From contig CAVZHQ010000001.1 in assembly GCA_963775125.1 (NCBI GenBank), forward strand, positions 79,209-143,208: a stretch of 64,000 nt of DNA, written 5' to 3'. Source of the stretch: an uncultured Acidimicrobiales bacterium. Lineage in GTDB: Bacteria; Actinomycetota; Acidimicrobiia; Acidimicrobiales; SZUA-35. How positions within the stretch are numbered: position 1 is the stretch's first letter; every line of letters starts with the position of its first letter. Shown here one piece after another: positions 53,365-62,781 of this stretch. A model generated the notes under the pieces. It worked only from the letters and a program-made list of their open reading frames with translations, was not told where the DNA came from and did not search any database. Position numbers and translations under genes: made by a program.

Positions 53365-55075
53365 TTAGGACTTGGCTTCGGTGACCAGTCGGGTGACGTG
53401 GGCCGCAAGGTCGTCGAGGGGGACGTTGGTGGTTTCGCCGTTGCGGCGTTCGGTGACCTCGACCTCGCCGTTGGCCAGACCCTTGGGGCCGACGGTGACT
53501 CGGAACGGGATGCCCACCAGTTCGGCGTCGGCGAACTTGACGCCGGGGCGGGCGTCACGGTCGTCGAGGATCACGTCGACGCGGGCTTGACGGAGCTCGC
53601 TGATAGAGCCGCTCGCCGACGGCCATGCTCTCGTCGTCGACTCGCATGAGGGTGATGACCACCTCGAACGGGGCGATGGACGTGGGCCAGATGATGCCCT
53701 TGTCATCGTGGTTGGCCTCGACCGAGGCCGCCATGTTGCGACCGACGCCGATGCCGTAGCTGCCCATCACCACTGGGATCTGCTTGCCGTCGGGAGAGAG
53801 GACCATGACGCCGAACTTCTCGGCATACCCCGTACCGAGCTTGAAGATGTGGCCGATCTCGATGCAGCGAACGATGTCGATGGGGGTCTGGCAGTTGGGG
53901 CAGGCCTCGCCGGCCGAGACCTCGCGGAGGTCGGCCCACTGGGTGACCTGGAGGTCACGATCGACGTCGACGCCCCGCAGGTGCCAGTCGTCGTCGTTGG
54001 CACCCGTGGTCATGTTGGTCCGGCCCCGTAGGGCCTCGTCGATGATGACGGGGTGGTTGGTGACCCCGACAGCGCCGAGGCTGCCGGGGTTGGCGCCGAG
54101 CGCGGCAAGGGCTTCTTCGGGTTCGCCGGCGCGGACCTGGACGGCCCCTGTTGCGTCGAGGAGCTTCTGGATGTTCAGCTGATGGTCACCCCGGACGACC
54201 GCCAAGGTGATGGTCCCGTCGACCACCATGACGAGCGTCTTGAGCTGGCGATCGGCCGAAGCTCCGCCGTCGAAGGTCTCGAGGGCAGCGATGGTACGAA
54301 CGCCGGGGGTGGCGAACCGTTCGGGTGCCGCGGGGCCGGTCTCATCGACCACTGCGGGCAGGTACGAGGTGGCCTTCTCGATGTTGGCGGCGTAGCCACA
54401 TGATGGGCACATGGCGACGTCGTCTTCGCCGGCGTCGGACGGGGTCATGAACTCGACCGAGGAGTTGCCGCCCATGGCGCCCGAGCTGGCCTCGACGCCG
54501 AACGACGGAACGCCGATGCGTTCGAAAATTCTCCGGTAGGCACGGTCGTGGTTGTCGAACTGGACGTCGAGGCCGGCCCAATCGACGTCGAAGCTGTAGG
54601 AGTCCTTCATGGCGAACTCTCGCACCCGGAGCAGCCCGGACTTGGGCCGAGCTTCGTCGCGGAATTTGGTCTGGATGTGGTACCAGAGCTGCGGGAGTTG
54701 CTTGTACGACGACAACTCGGCGGCGACGGTGGCGAAGATCTCCTCGTGAGTGATGCCCAGTGCGTTGTCGTTGCCCTTGCGGTCGACCAGGCGGAACATG
54801 ATCTCGCCCATCGTGTCCCAGCGCCCCGACTGCTGCCAGATCTCGGCGGGATGCATGGTCGGAAGAGAGAACTCCTGCCCGCCGATGGCGTCGATCTCTT
54901 CGCGGATGATCTGGGAGATCTTCTGATGGACTCGCCAACCCATCGGCAGCATCGAGTAGTGCCCCGCGTGGAGCTGGCGGATGAATCCGCCACGCACGAG
55001 CAGCCGGTGGCTGGCCGCGACCGCGTCGTTGGGGGCATCGCGGAGAGTGGGGACGAACATCTGGGACCAACGCAT
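53365..55075 (-). CDS. proS: proline-tRNA ligase (bacterial type with INS editing domain); frame broken by an apparent 1-nt insertion near 53599-53605
   Basis: ORF 53555..55075 (..[13 protein letters not shown]) continues as [32 protein letters not shown].. in ORF 53365..53706. The span is 1711 nt, which is 3n+1. Confidence 0.9.
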
Positions 55076-55136
55076 GCCGAGAGGTTACCAACGGCGGCGG
55101 GCGCCAAAGTTGGCTGTGAGCTGCGACAATCGAGCC

Positions 55137-57090
55137 ATGGCCACCTCGTCTCTTCCCCGGAACCGCCTCTCCACCGTCCGGCCGCGACTCACCACCCCGC
55201 TGCTCCGCGTCGACGGTGAACTTCGGCCGGCGTCGTGGGACGCGGCGCTCAGTCGGGTCGCCGACGGCTTCACCGCCGTCAAGGAACAGCACGGGCCGTC
55301 TGCGTTCGCCTTGTTCTCCTGTTCCAAGAGCACCAACGAGATGAACTACGCGGCCCAGAAGTTCAGCCGTCTGGCGTTGGGGTCGAACAACATCGACTCC
55401 TGCAACCGCACTTGACACGCTCCCAGCGTCGTCGGTCTGGCGACAGTGTTCGGTGCCGGTGGCGGTACCTGCTCCTATGAGGAGGTGGAGGAGGCTGACG
55501 TCATCCTCCTGTGGGGGTCCAACGCCCGCGAGGCCCACCCCATCTACTTCCACCATGTACTGAAAGCGCTCGACAAGGGCGGCCGGATGTACGCGGTCGA
55601 TCCTCGGCGCACCTCGTCGGCCAAGTTCGCCGACGTCTGGTTGGGACTGAACCTCGGGGCCGACGTCGCGTTGGCCAACACCATGGCCAATCACATCATC
55701 GGCCAGGGCCTGGTGAACCAGGCGTTCATCGATCACTCCACGGCTGGTTACGAGGCGTTCAAAGCAGCGGTCGCCCGCTACACCCTCGAGCGCGGCGCCG
55801 AGCTCACCGGGCTGCCGGCGTCGGTCATCGCCGAGATGGCCGAGGCCTATGCCACCGCCGGCTCGGCCCAGATCCTGTGGACCCTGGGCATCACCGAGCA
55901 CCACAACGCGGTCGACAACGTCGTTGCCCTGTGCAACCTGGCGCTGCTCACGGGCCATGTCGGCCGGTGGGGAAGCGGGCTGGTTCCGCTCCGGGGCCAG
56001 AACAACGTGCAGGGCGGCGGCGACATGGGCGCTCTGCCCAACAAGCTTCCGGGCTTCGCCGACATCGATGATCCGTCGGCTCGCGCCCGGTTCGCCGCGG
56101 TGTGGGGCGCGGAGGTTCCGCCCGACCCGGGCCTGCACCTCACGCTCATGTTCGAGGCCATGGAGGCCGGAACCATCCGGGCGGCCTACATCCTGGGGGA
56201 GAACCCCGCGGACTCCGAGGCCGACGTCGCCCATGCCCGCAAGCTGCTGGCCGGACTCGACCTCCTCGTCGTCCAGGACATCTTCCTCACCCGCACCGCC
56301 GAGCTGGCCGACGTGGTGCTTCCCGCGTCGGTGGGCTGGGCCGAGTGCGAGGGCACGGTCACCTCGTCGGAACGGCGGGTACAACGGGTGCGCCCGGCGG
56401 TTCCTCCGCCGGGCGAGGCTCGCCACGACCACGAGATTCTCGGCGAGTTGGCGCGCCGCATGGGCGTCGACTGGGGAGACCCCTCGCCCCAGGACCTCTG
56501 GAACGAAGTGCGATCGTTGTCTCCCCTCCACGCGGGGATGTCCTACGAACGACTCGAGACCGAGGGAGGGCTGCAGTGGCCGTGCCCCGATCTCGATCAT
56601 CCCGGATCCCCCTTCCTGCATGGCTGGCTGTGGGAGGCCGATCTCGGCGGTCGGCCCCCGGCACCGTTCTCGGTGGTCGAGCACGCGGGCCCGAAGGAAG
56701 AGCTCTCCGAGCAGTTCCCCCTGCGACTCACCACCGGCCGGGCCCTCGACTCGTACAACACCGGCGTCCAGTCCGGCTCGCTCGACGCCCCGATCCGCTA
56801 CGGCGATGCCATCGACGTGAACCCCCTCGACGCGTCCGCCCTCCAGGTGGTCGACGGGGAGCGCGTGCGGGTCAGCTCGCCCCGGGGCTCGGTCGAGATG
56901 CCGGTACGCGTGCAACCGGACCTGCCGGTCGGCCTCACCTTCACCACGTTCCACTTCCCCGAACTCGTCGACCTCAACGTGCTCACCAATCCCGGAATGG
57001 GATCCTCGATCCGGAACCTCGGAGTTCAAGGCTGCCGCCATTCGGATCGACAAGTTGGATCCGTCCATCGCAGGCGTGCCCCGTGTCTGA
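55137..57090 (+). CDS. fdhA: formate dehydrogenase catalytic (Mo/W-bisPGD) subunit lacking the N-terminal Fe-S domains; Sec (UGA) at 55413-55415; apparent 1-nt insertion near 56996
   Basis: ATG 55137. ..NIDSCNRT-TGA-HAPSVVGLATVFGAGG.. joins ORF 54981..55415 to ORF 55446..57137 in frame. The C-terminus WDPRSGTSEFKAAAIRIDKL..V-TGA (57088-57090) is in the next frame. The span is 1954 nt, which is 3n+1. Confidence 0.85.
55413..55444 (+). promoter_or_regulatory. UGA-Sec codon plus candidate SECIS hairpin GUCGUC-GGUCU-GGCGAC (55428-55444)
   Basis: Read directly. There are 12 nt between the UGA and the stem, and the apical GGUCU is formed by the conserved Gly-Leu codons. Confidence 0.7.
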
Positions 57091-58852
57091 CCTGCACTTC
57101 ACCGCCGATCAGGCGTCGCCGGACGAGCAGGCGGTGATCGATGCCGTCCTGGCCGGGCTCGGAACCGACCCCGCCACCAGCGCAGAGGGCGAACGGGTCG
57201 TGCGGGGCGGAGTTCGCCGCCGAAACGAGCGTCGCCACGTGCTGTTGCCGGGGTTGCACGGATTGCAGCGAGCCTCGGGCTGGATCACGCCCGGAGGGCT
57301 CAACTACCTCTGCGCCCAGCTCGGGGTTCCACCGGCGGAGGCGTACGGGGTCGCCTCGTTCTACGACCTGTTCCGCACCGAGGACCCTGGTCACACCGAT
57401 TCGGTCCACCACGTCTGCATCGACGCGGCGTGCCAGATTGCCGGCGCCGACGACCGAATCGCCGAACTGGAAGCGGCCGGCCATCACGTGCATCGCAGCC
57501 CGTGCCTCGGCCAGTGCGAGCGGCCGGTCGCAGTCTTCGTCCAAGGGCGAGGTCGTGAGGACGCGGTCCCGATCGATGAGTCGGAGCCCACGGGATCAGG
57601 CAGTATTCCGCAGCGGTACGATCCCTCGCTCGTCCTGCTGGCTCGGGTCGGACGGGTCGAACCCACCTCGCTCGAGTCCTACGTCGGCGCCGGTGGCTAC
57701 AAGGCCCTGGCCAAGGCATTCACGCGGGGCGCCGGCGGCGTGATCGACGAGATCCTCGCGTCGGGCCTCAGCGGGCGTGGCGGCGCTGCATTCCCGACCG
57801 GCGTCAAACTGCGGGCGGTCGCCGCCGAGCCTGGCCCCCGCTACGTGGTGGCCAACGCCGACGAGTCCGAGCCGGGAACCTTCAAGGACCGGATCGTGAT
57901 GGAGAACGATCCGTTCGCCGTGATCGAGGCCCTGACCATCGCCGGCTTTGCCGTGGGCGCAAGCAAGGGCTGGATCTACATCCGGGGCGAGTACCCGCTG
58001 GCGACCCGGCGGCTGCAGGGAGCAATCGACGCTGCCCGCGAGGCGGGCTTTCTCGGTGAACGCATCGCCCGGTCGTCGTTCTCGTTCGACATCGAGATCC
58101 GTCGGGGGGCCGGCGCCTACATCTGTGGCGAGGAGACGGCGCTGTTCAACTCACTCGAGGGTTTCCGGGGCGAGCCTCGCCAGAAACCTCCGTTCCCGAC
58201 GACCCACGGTCTGTTCGGTCGTCCGACTGCGGTGAACAACCCGGAGACACTGCTCAACCTGCTCGAGATCGTCACCAACGGTGGAGACGCCTACGCGGCC
58301 ATCGGGACCGAGGGATCGAAGGGGCGCAAGCTGTTCTGCGTGTCGGGCAACGTGAAGACGCCGGGACTCTACGAAGTGCCGTTCGGGCCCACCCTCCGAG
58401 ACATCCTCGACCTCGCCGGCGGGGTCGACGGCGAGTTGCAGGCGGTTCTGCTCGGCGGTGCCGCCGGCTCGTTCGTCACGCCCGACCAACTCGACGTCCC
58501 CTTGACCTTCGAGGGCACCCGGGCGGCGGGACTCTCGCTGGGTTCAGGCGTCGTCATGGCCTTCAACCGATCGGTCGATCTGGCCGCGGTGGTGACCCGC
58601 ATCGCCGAGTTCTTCCGGGACGAATCCTGCGGACAATGCGTGCCATGCCGAGTCGGTGCGGTCCGCCAACACGAGCTCCTCGTCCGAACCGGCACCCGAC
58701 TCACCCCACCCGACCTCGTGCTGCTCGACGACATGGACCGGGCCATGAAGGACGCGTCCATCTGTGGTCTCGGCCACACGGCGTGCACCGCCGTCCGTTC
58801 GGCGTTGTCGCTCGGGCTCCTCGAAACACCTGCCAACGGAGGCCCGCAATGA
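57083..58852 (+). CDS. NuoE-like (2Fe-2S) fused to NuoF-like (FMN/NAD, 4Fe-4S) diaphorase subunit of NAD-dependent formate dehydrogenase
   Basis: In-frame part of ORF 56102..58852 from GTG 57083. NuoE Cys motif region (CIDAAC..CLGQC). NuoF motifs GRGGAAFPTG, ESEPGTFKDR and ESCGQCVPCR. Confidence 0.85.
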   Translation: MSDLHFTADQASPDEQAVIDAVLAGLGTDPATSAEGERVVRGGVRRRNERRHVLLPGLHGLQRASGWITPGGLNYLCAQLGVPPAEAYGVASFYDLFRTEDPGHTDSVHHVCIDAACQIAGADDRIAELEAAGHHVHRSPCLGQCERPVAVFVQGRGREDAVPIDESEPTGSGSIPQRYDPSLVLLARVGRVEPTSLESYVGAGGYKALAKAFTRGAGGVIDEILASGLSGRGGAAFPTGVKLRAVAAEPGPRYVVANADESEPGTFKDRIVMENDPFAVIEALTIAGFAVGASKGWIYIRGEYPLATRRLQGAIDAAREAGFLGERIARSSFSFDIEIRRGAGAYICGEETALFNSLEGFRGEPRQKPPFPTTHGLFGRPTAVNNPETLLNLLEIVTNGGDAYAAIGTEGSKGRKLFCVSGNVKTPGLYEVPFGPTLRDILDLAGGVDGELQAVLLGGAAGSFVTPDQLDVPLTFEGTRAAGLSLGSGVVMAFNRSVDLAAVVTRIAEFFRDESCGQCVPCRVGAVRQHELLVRTGTRLTPPDLVLLDDMDRAMKDASICGLGHTACTAVRSALSLGLLETPANGGPQ

Positions 58853-59676
58853 CCGACATCACCCTCACGGTCGACGGCCGAACGGTCACCGCCGAACCGG
58901 GTCAGACGATCCTCGAGGCGTGCAACAACGAGGGCATCGAGACCCCGACGCTCTGCTGGGCCGCCAACCTCACCCCGGTGAACGTCTGCCGGGTCTGCGT
59001 GGTCGAAGTCGCGGGCTCGCGAACCCTCGTCCCTGCATGCTCCCGTCCGGTCGAGGAGGGCATGGAGGTCCTCACCGACTCCGACCGGGTTCGTCACAGC
59101 CGCAAGATGGTGCTCGAGTTCCTCGGTTCGGGTGTCGATCTGTCGCAGGCAGAAGCACTCCAGGGGTGGGCCGACCACTACGGCGCCGAACCCGGCCGCT
59201 ACGTCGAGCCGCAGACCATGAACGAGGAGGTGAAGATCCAGGACAACCTCTACATCCGTGACTACGACAAGTGCGTGCTGTGTTACAAGTGCGTCGAGGC
59301 GTGTGGCGACGACGCGCAGCACACCTTCGCGATCGCCGTGTCCGGTCGAGGGTTCGGGGCAAGGATCTCCACCGAGTTCGATGTCGCCCTGCCCGAATCG
59401 GCCTGCGTCTACTGCGGCAACTGCGTGGGTGTCTGCCCGACGGGAGCGCTGCAGTTCACGACCGAGTTCGATCTGCGAACGGCCGGCAACTGGCGGCCGG
59501 AGACACAAACGGTCACCCGGACGGTGTGTTCCTATTGCGGCGTCGGCTGCAACCTGGAGCTGCACGTCCAGGACGAGACGATCGTGAAGGTGACCTCGCC
59601 CGCAGATCACTCGGTGACGTCGGGGCACCTGTGCATCAAGGGACGCTTCGGCTGGAACTACGTCCAGCCGATGTGA
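58849..59676 (+). CDS. NuoG/FdhA N-terminal Fe-S module (2Fe-2S, 4Fe-4S ferredoxins, Mo-enzyme 4Fe-4S domain) encoded as a separate protein
   Basis: In-frame part of ORF 58636..59676 from ATG 58849 (ATGA overlap). Motifs CRVCVVEV, CVLCYKCVEAC, CVYCGNCVGVCP and CSYCGVGC..HLCIKGRFGWNYVQ. Confidence 0.85.
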   Translation: MTDITLTVDGRTVTAEPGQTILEACNNEGIETPTLCWAANLTPVNVCRVCVVEVAGSRTLVPACSRPVEEGMEVLTDSDRVRHSRKMVLEFLGSGVDLSQAEALQGWADHYGAEPGRYVEPQTMNEEVKIQDNLYIRDYDKCVLCYKCVEACGDDAQHTFAIAVSGRGFGARISTEFDVALPESACVYCGNCVGVCPTGALQFTTEFDLRTAGNWRPETQTVTRTVCSYCGVGCNLELHVQDETIVKVTSPADHSVTSGHLCIKGRFGWNYVQPM

Positions 59677-59731
59677 TCCGCAGTACACGGTGTACTTGCG
59701 TTCGAGGTCACCGGCGGCAACCATCGGCGAC

Positions 59732-60571
59732 ATGGCATTCACTTTGGCAAATGTGGACGGACGAGCGGCGCTGGTGCGCAGCGGTGAATGGTTCGACGTG
59801 GAGCGAGCCAGCGAAGGGGCCATCAGCGCCGACCCGATGCTCGCCCTCGGTGACGCCGAGGCACTTCACCAGTTGGACGCGCGCCTCGGCCAGCTCACCG
59901 CCGACGGTTCCGTCGCTGACATCGAACTCGGTCCGCCGGTTCCGCGACCCCGGAACAGCTACGGCATCGGGCTGAACTATCGCAGTCACGCGGCCGAGTC
60001 CAACATGGAGCTGCCGGAGAATCCTCTGGTGTTCACGAAGTTCCCCAGCTGCATCGTCGGCCCCGACAGCGACGTCGAGTTGCGAACCGAGACCGGTGAC
60101 TACGAGGTCGAACTCGTGGTCGTCATTGGCAAAGGGGGCCGCGACATTCCCGAAAGCGAGGCGTGGGACCACATCGTCGGCGTGACGTGCGGACAGGACA
60201 TCTCCGATCGCCGCCTGCAGTTCTCGGCCAAACCGCCGCACTTCGATCTCGGCAAGTCACGGGACACCTACGGCCCCATCGGCCCGGTGCTGGTCTCGAC
60301 CGACCAGTTCGACGACCCGACGCAGATCGACTTGTCCTGCACGGTCAACGGCGAGCCTCGGCAGAGTGACAACACCCGCAACCTGATCTTCACCGTGGCG
60401 CAGCTCGTGGCCTACCTCTCGTCCATCAGCACCCTCGCCACCGGCGACCTGATCTTCACCGGAACCCCCGAGGGAGTCGGCGCCGCTTCGAAGAACTACC
60501 TCAAGCCGGGCGACGTCATCGTCAGCACCCTGCAGGGTGTCGGCACCATGACCAACCACTGTCTCGCCTGA
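59732..60571 (+). CDS. fumarylacetoacetate hydrolase family protein
   Basis: ORF 59690..60571 from MAFTLANV. Motifs GIGLNYRSH, EVELVVVIG and GDLIFTGTPEGVG. Confidence 0.85.
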   Translation: MAFTLANVDGRAALVRSGEWFDVERASEGAISADPMLALGDAEALHQLDARLGQLTADGSVADIELGPPVPRPRNSYGIGLNYRSHAAESNMELPENPLVFTKFPSCIVGPDSDVELRTETGDYEVELVVVIGKGGRDIPESEAWDHIVGVTCGQDISDRRLQFSAKPPHFDLGKSRDTYGPIGPVLVSTDQFDDPTQIDLSCTVNGEPRQSDNTRNLIFTVAQLVAYLSSISTLATGDLIFTGTPEGVGAASKNYLKPGDVIVSTLQGVGTMTNHCLA

Positions 60572-60586
60572 GCGGGGGCCGATCAC

Positions 60587-61333
60587 ATGGACTTGGGAAT
60601 CAACGGCCGGGTTGCACTGGTCACCGGTAGCTACCGCGGAACCGGCTCGGCCATCGCGGCGTCACTGGCCGCCGAGGGAGCGCACGTCCTGGTGCACGGT
60701 TTCGAACCGGGCCAGCCCGAACCGGTGGTCGAGACCATCGTCGCCCGCGGTGGGTCGGCCCGGGGGATCGTCGGCGACCTCTCGTCGGACGAGGGTGCAA
60801 GGGCCGTGCTCGACGCGGCCGGCGAACTCGACATCGTGGTCTGCAACTACGGCGTCGCCCAGGGCGGTCGCTGGAGCCAGGTCTCGACCGACGCCTGGGT
60901 CGACGCCTACGACCGCAACGTCCTCACCGCCGTGCGCGTCGCCGCCGGGGCCGCCCCCGCGCTCGTCGAGCGCGGCTGGGGACGCATCGTGCTGCTGGGG
61001 ACCGTCGGAACCATCCGACCGGCCGCCGTCCGGCCGCAGTACTACGGGGCCAAGGCGGCGTTGCCTGCCCTCACCGTCAGCTTGGCCAAGGAACTGGCCG
61101 GAAGCGGCGTGACGGTCAATCTGGTCAGCCCGGGCCTCATCGCGACCCCCGAGGTCCTGGAACGACTGGGCGATCGGCCGGTCGGTGACGCCTTCCCCGG
61201 CATGAGCGGCCGTATCGCCCTTCCTTCCGAGGTCGCCGATCTGGTCACCTACGTCTGCAGCGAGCAAGCCGGCGCCATCACCGGAAGCAACTTCCGTATC
61301 GACGGCGGTAGCGCCGAGGCCGTTCAACCGTGA
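60587..61333 (+). CDS. SDR-family oxidoreductase
   Basis: ORF 60587..61333. Motifs TGSYRGTGSAIA and YxxxK (YYGAKAA). Confidence 0.85.
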   Translation: MDLGINGRVALVTGSYRGTGSAIAASLAAEGAHVLVHGFEPGQPEPVVETIVARGGSARGIVGDLSSDEGARAVLDAAGELDIVVCNYGVAQGGRWSQVSTDAWVDAYDRNVLTAVRVAAGAAPALVERGWGRIVLLGTVGTIRPAAVRPQYYGAKAALPALTVSLAKELAGSGVTVNLVSPGLIATPEVLERLGDRPVGDAFPGMSGRIALPSEVADLVTYVCSEQAGAITGSNFRIDGGSAEAVQP

Positions 61334-61343
61334 CCGTCCGACC

Positions 61344-62159
61344 ATGACCGGACCCTTCGTGCTGCCGGTCGACGAGGTCACCGCAATGGTGCAAGCCGCC
61401 GGCCAGTTGGCCTTGGGCTGGTTCCGTCGCGCCGGTTCCGAGCCGTTGACGGTCGAGAACAAGCTGGCGGCCGAGGGCCGTTTCGACCCGGTGACGGTGG
61501 CCGACCGCGCCGTCGAGGATGCCTTACGTCATGCCCTGCTCGAGCGATTCCCCGACCACCTGGTCTTCGGCGAGGAGCGAGGGGTCAGCGGCAACCCGGC
61601 CAGCGAGTACCGGTGGGTCATCGATCCGATCGACGGCACGAGGGCGTTCGTCACCGGACAACCCCAGTGGGGCACGTTGCTCGGCCTCCAACACGGTGAC
61701 GAGGTGATCGCGGGTTGGTTGCACCAACCGACGCTCGGCCACACCTATGTGGGGGCCGACGGCCGCGCGGCGCTGCACGAGGGAGCATCGAGCTCGCCGT
61801 TGCGTGTCAGCGGTCAGACCGAGCTCGCCGACAGCATCCTTCTCTGCACCCATCCCGACATGTTCTCGCCGGGAGAGGAGGCTGCAGCCTTCGCCCGAGT
61901 CCAAGGGGCGGTTCGGCTCAGCCGCTTCAGCGGGGACTGCCTGAACTACGGGTACGTCGCCACCGGGTACGCAGATCTCGTGATCGAGGCCCAGCTCCAG
62001 CCCTACGACGTCATTCCGCTCATTCCGATCATCGAGCACGCCGGGGGCGTGATCACCGACCGTGACGGCAACCGCCCACTCGCCGGTGGCTGGGCCATTG
62101 CGGCCGCCTCACCCGAACTGCATCGAACGGCGCTGGAGCTGCTGAACCAGCAGCGCTGA
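61344..62159 (+). CDS. inositol monophosphatase / histidinol-phosphatase (HisN-like) family protein
   Basis: ORF 61344..62159. Motifs FGEE, WVIDPIDGT and GDC..YGYVATG. Confidence 0.78.
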   Translation: MTGPFVLPVDEVTAMVQAAGQLALGWFRRAGSEPLTVENKLAAEGRFDPVTVADRAVEDALRHALLERFPDHLVFGEERGVSGNPASEYRWVIDPIDGTRAFVTGQPQWGTLLGLQHGDEVIAGWLHQPTLGHTYVGADGRAALHEGASSSPLRVSGQTELADSILLCTHPDMFSPGEEAAAFARVQGAVRLSRFSGDCLNYGYVATGYADLVIEAQLQPYDVIPLIPIIEHAGGVITDRDGNRPLAGGWAIAAASPELHRTALELLNQQR

Positions 62160-62781
62160 GGACCCCGGGTCGACGAGGGCGGGCAGGGTCAGTCAGGGTG
62201 CAGCCCGCGGAGTCCCCCCAGGCCAACGTCGTGAGGTCTCTGGCCAATTCGGCTCGGTCGAGCGCGGGACTGCGCTTCCAGAACCGAACCATCCCTTCGG
62301 CCATCCCGACCATGCCGTGTGCCAGCGCCTGGCGGTGGGCCTCGCTCATTCCCTCGACAACGATGAGGTCGGCGATGCCGTTGGCCACCGACTGTTCGAC
62401 GGCGGCCGCGATGCCTGCCCACTCCTCGTCCTCGCGGCTGGCTCCTCCGAACAGCACCCGGAAACCGTCGGGATCGGCCTCGACGAAGGCCAGATACGCC
62501 TCGAAGCCGGTCTTGACCTGTTCGCGCGGCGAACCCGCACTCGCTGCAGCCTTGATGACGTTCTCCCGGAGGCGGTCCCCGACGTCCTCGAGCACGGCCT
62601 GATAGAGGTCGCGTTTGGACGCGAAATGCTGATAGAGCACCGGCTTGGTGACGCCGGCTTCCAGGGCGACGTCGTTCATGGACGTCTCGTGGAAGCCCCG
62701 GCGGGCGAAGACCTCGCGGGCGACTTCGATGAGCTGTGTTCGTCGCTGGCCTGCAGGCAACCGCCCGGAAATGGCGGACAT
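62053..62781 (-). CDS. TetR-family transcriptional regulator; the C-terminus probably ends at 62189 if a C/G homopolymer (62214-62219) is one base short
   Basis: ORF 62053..62784. HTH FHETSMNDVALEAGVTKPVLYQHF. After ..TTLAW the +1 frame gives GGLRGLHPD-stop. The present frame runs 107 nt into the convergent gene. Confidence 0.8.
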   Translation of the reverse strand: MSAISGRLPAGQRRTQLIEVAREVFARRGFHETSMNDVALEAGVTKPVLYQHFASKRDLYQAVLEDVGDRLRENVIKAAASAGSPREQVKTGFEAYLAFVEADPDGFRVLFGGASREDEEWAGIAAAVEQSVANGIADLIVVEGMSEAHRQALAHGMVGMAEGMVRFWKRSPALDRAELARDLTTLAWGDSAGCTLTDPARPRRPGVLSAAGSAAPAPFDAVRVRRPQWPSHRRVGGCRHGR

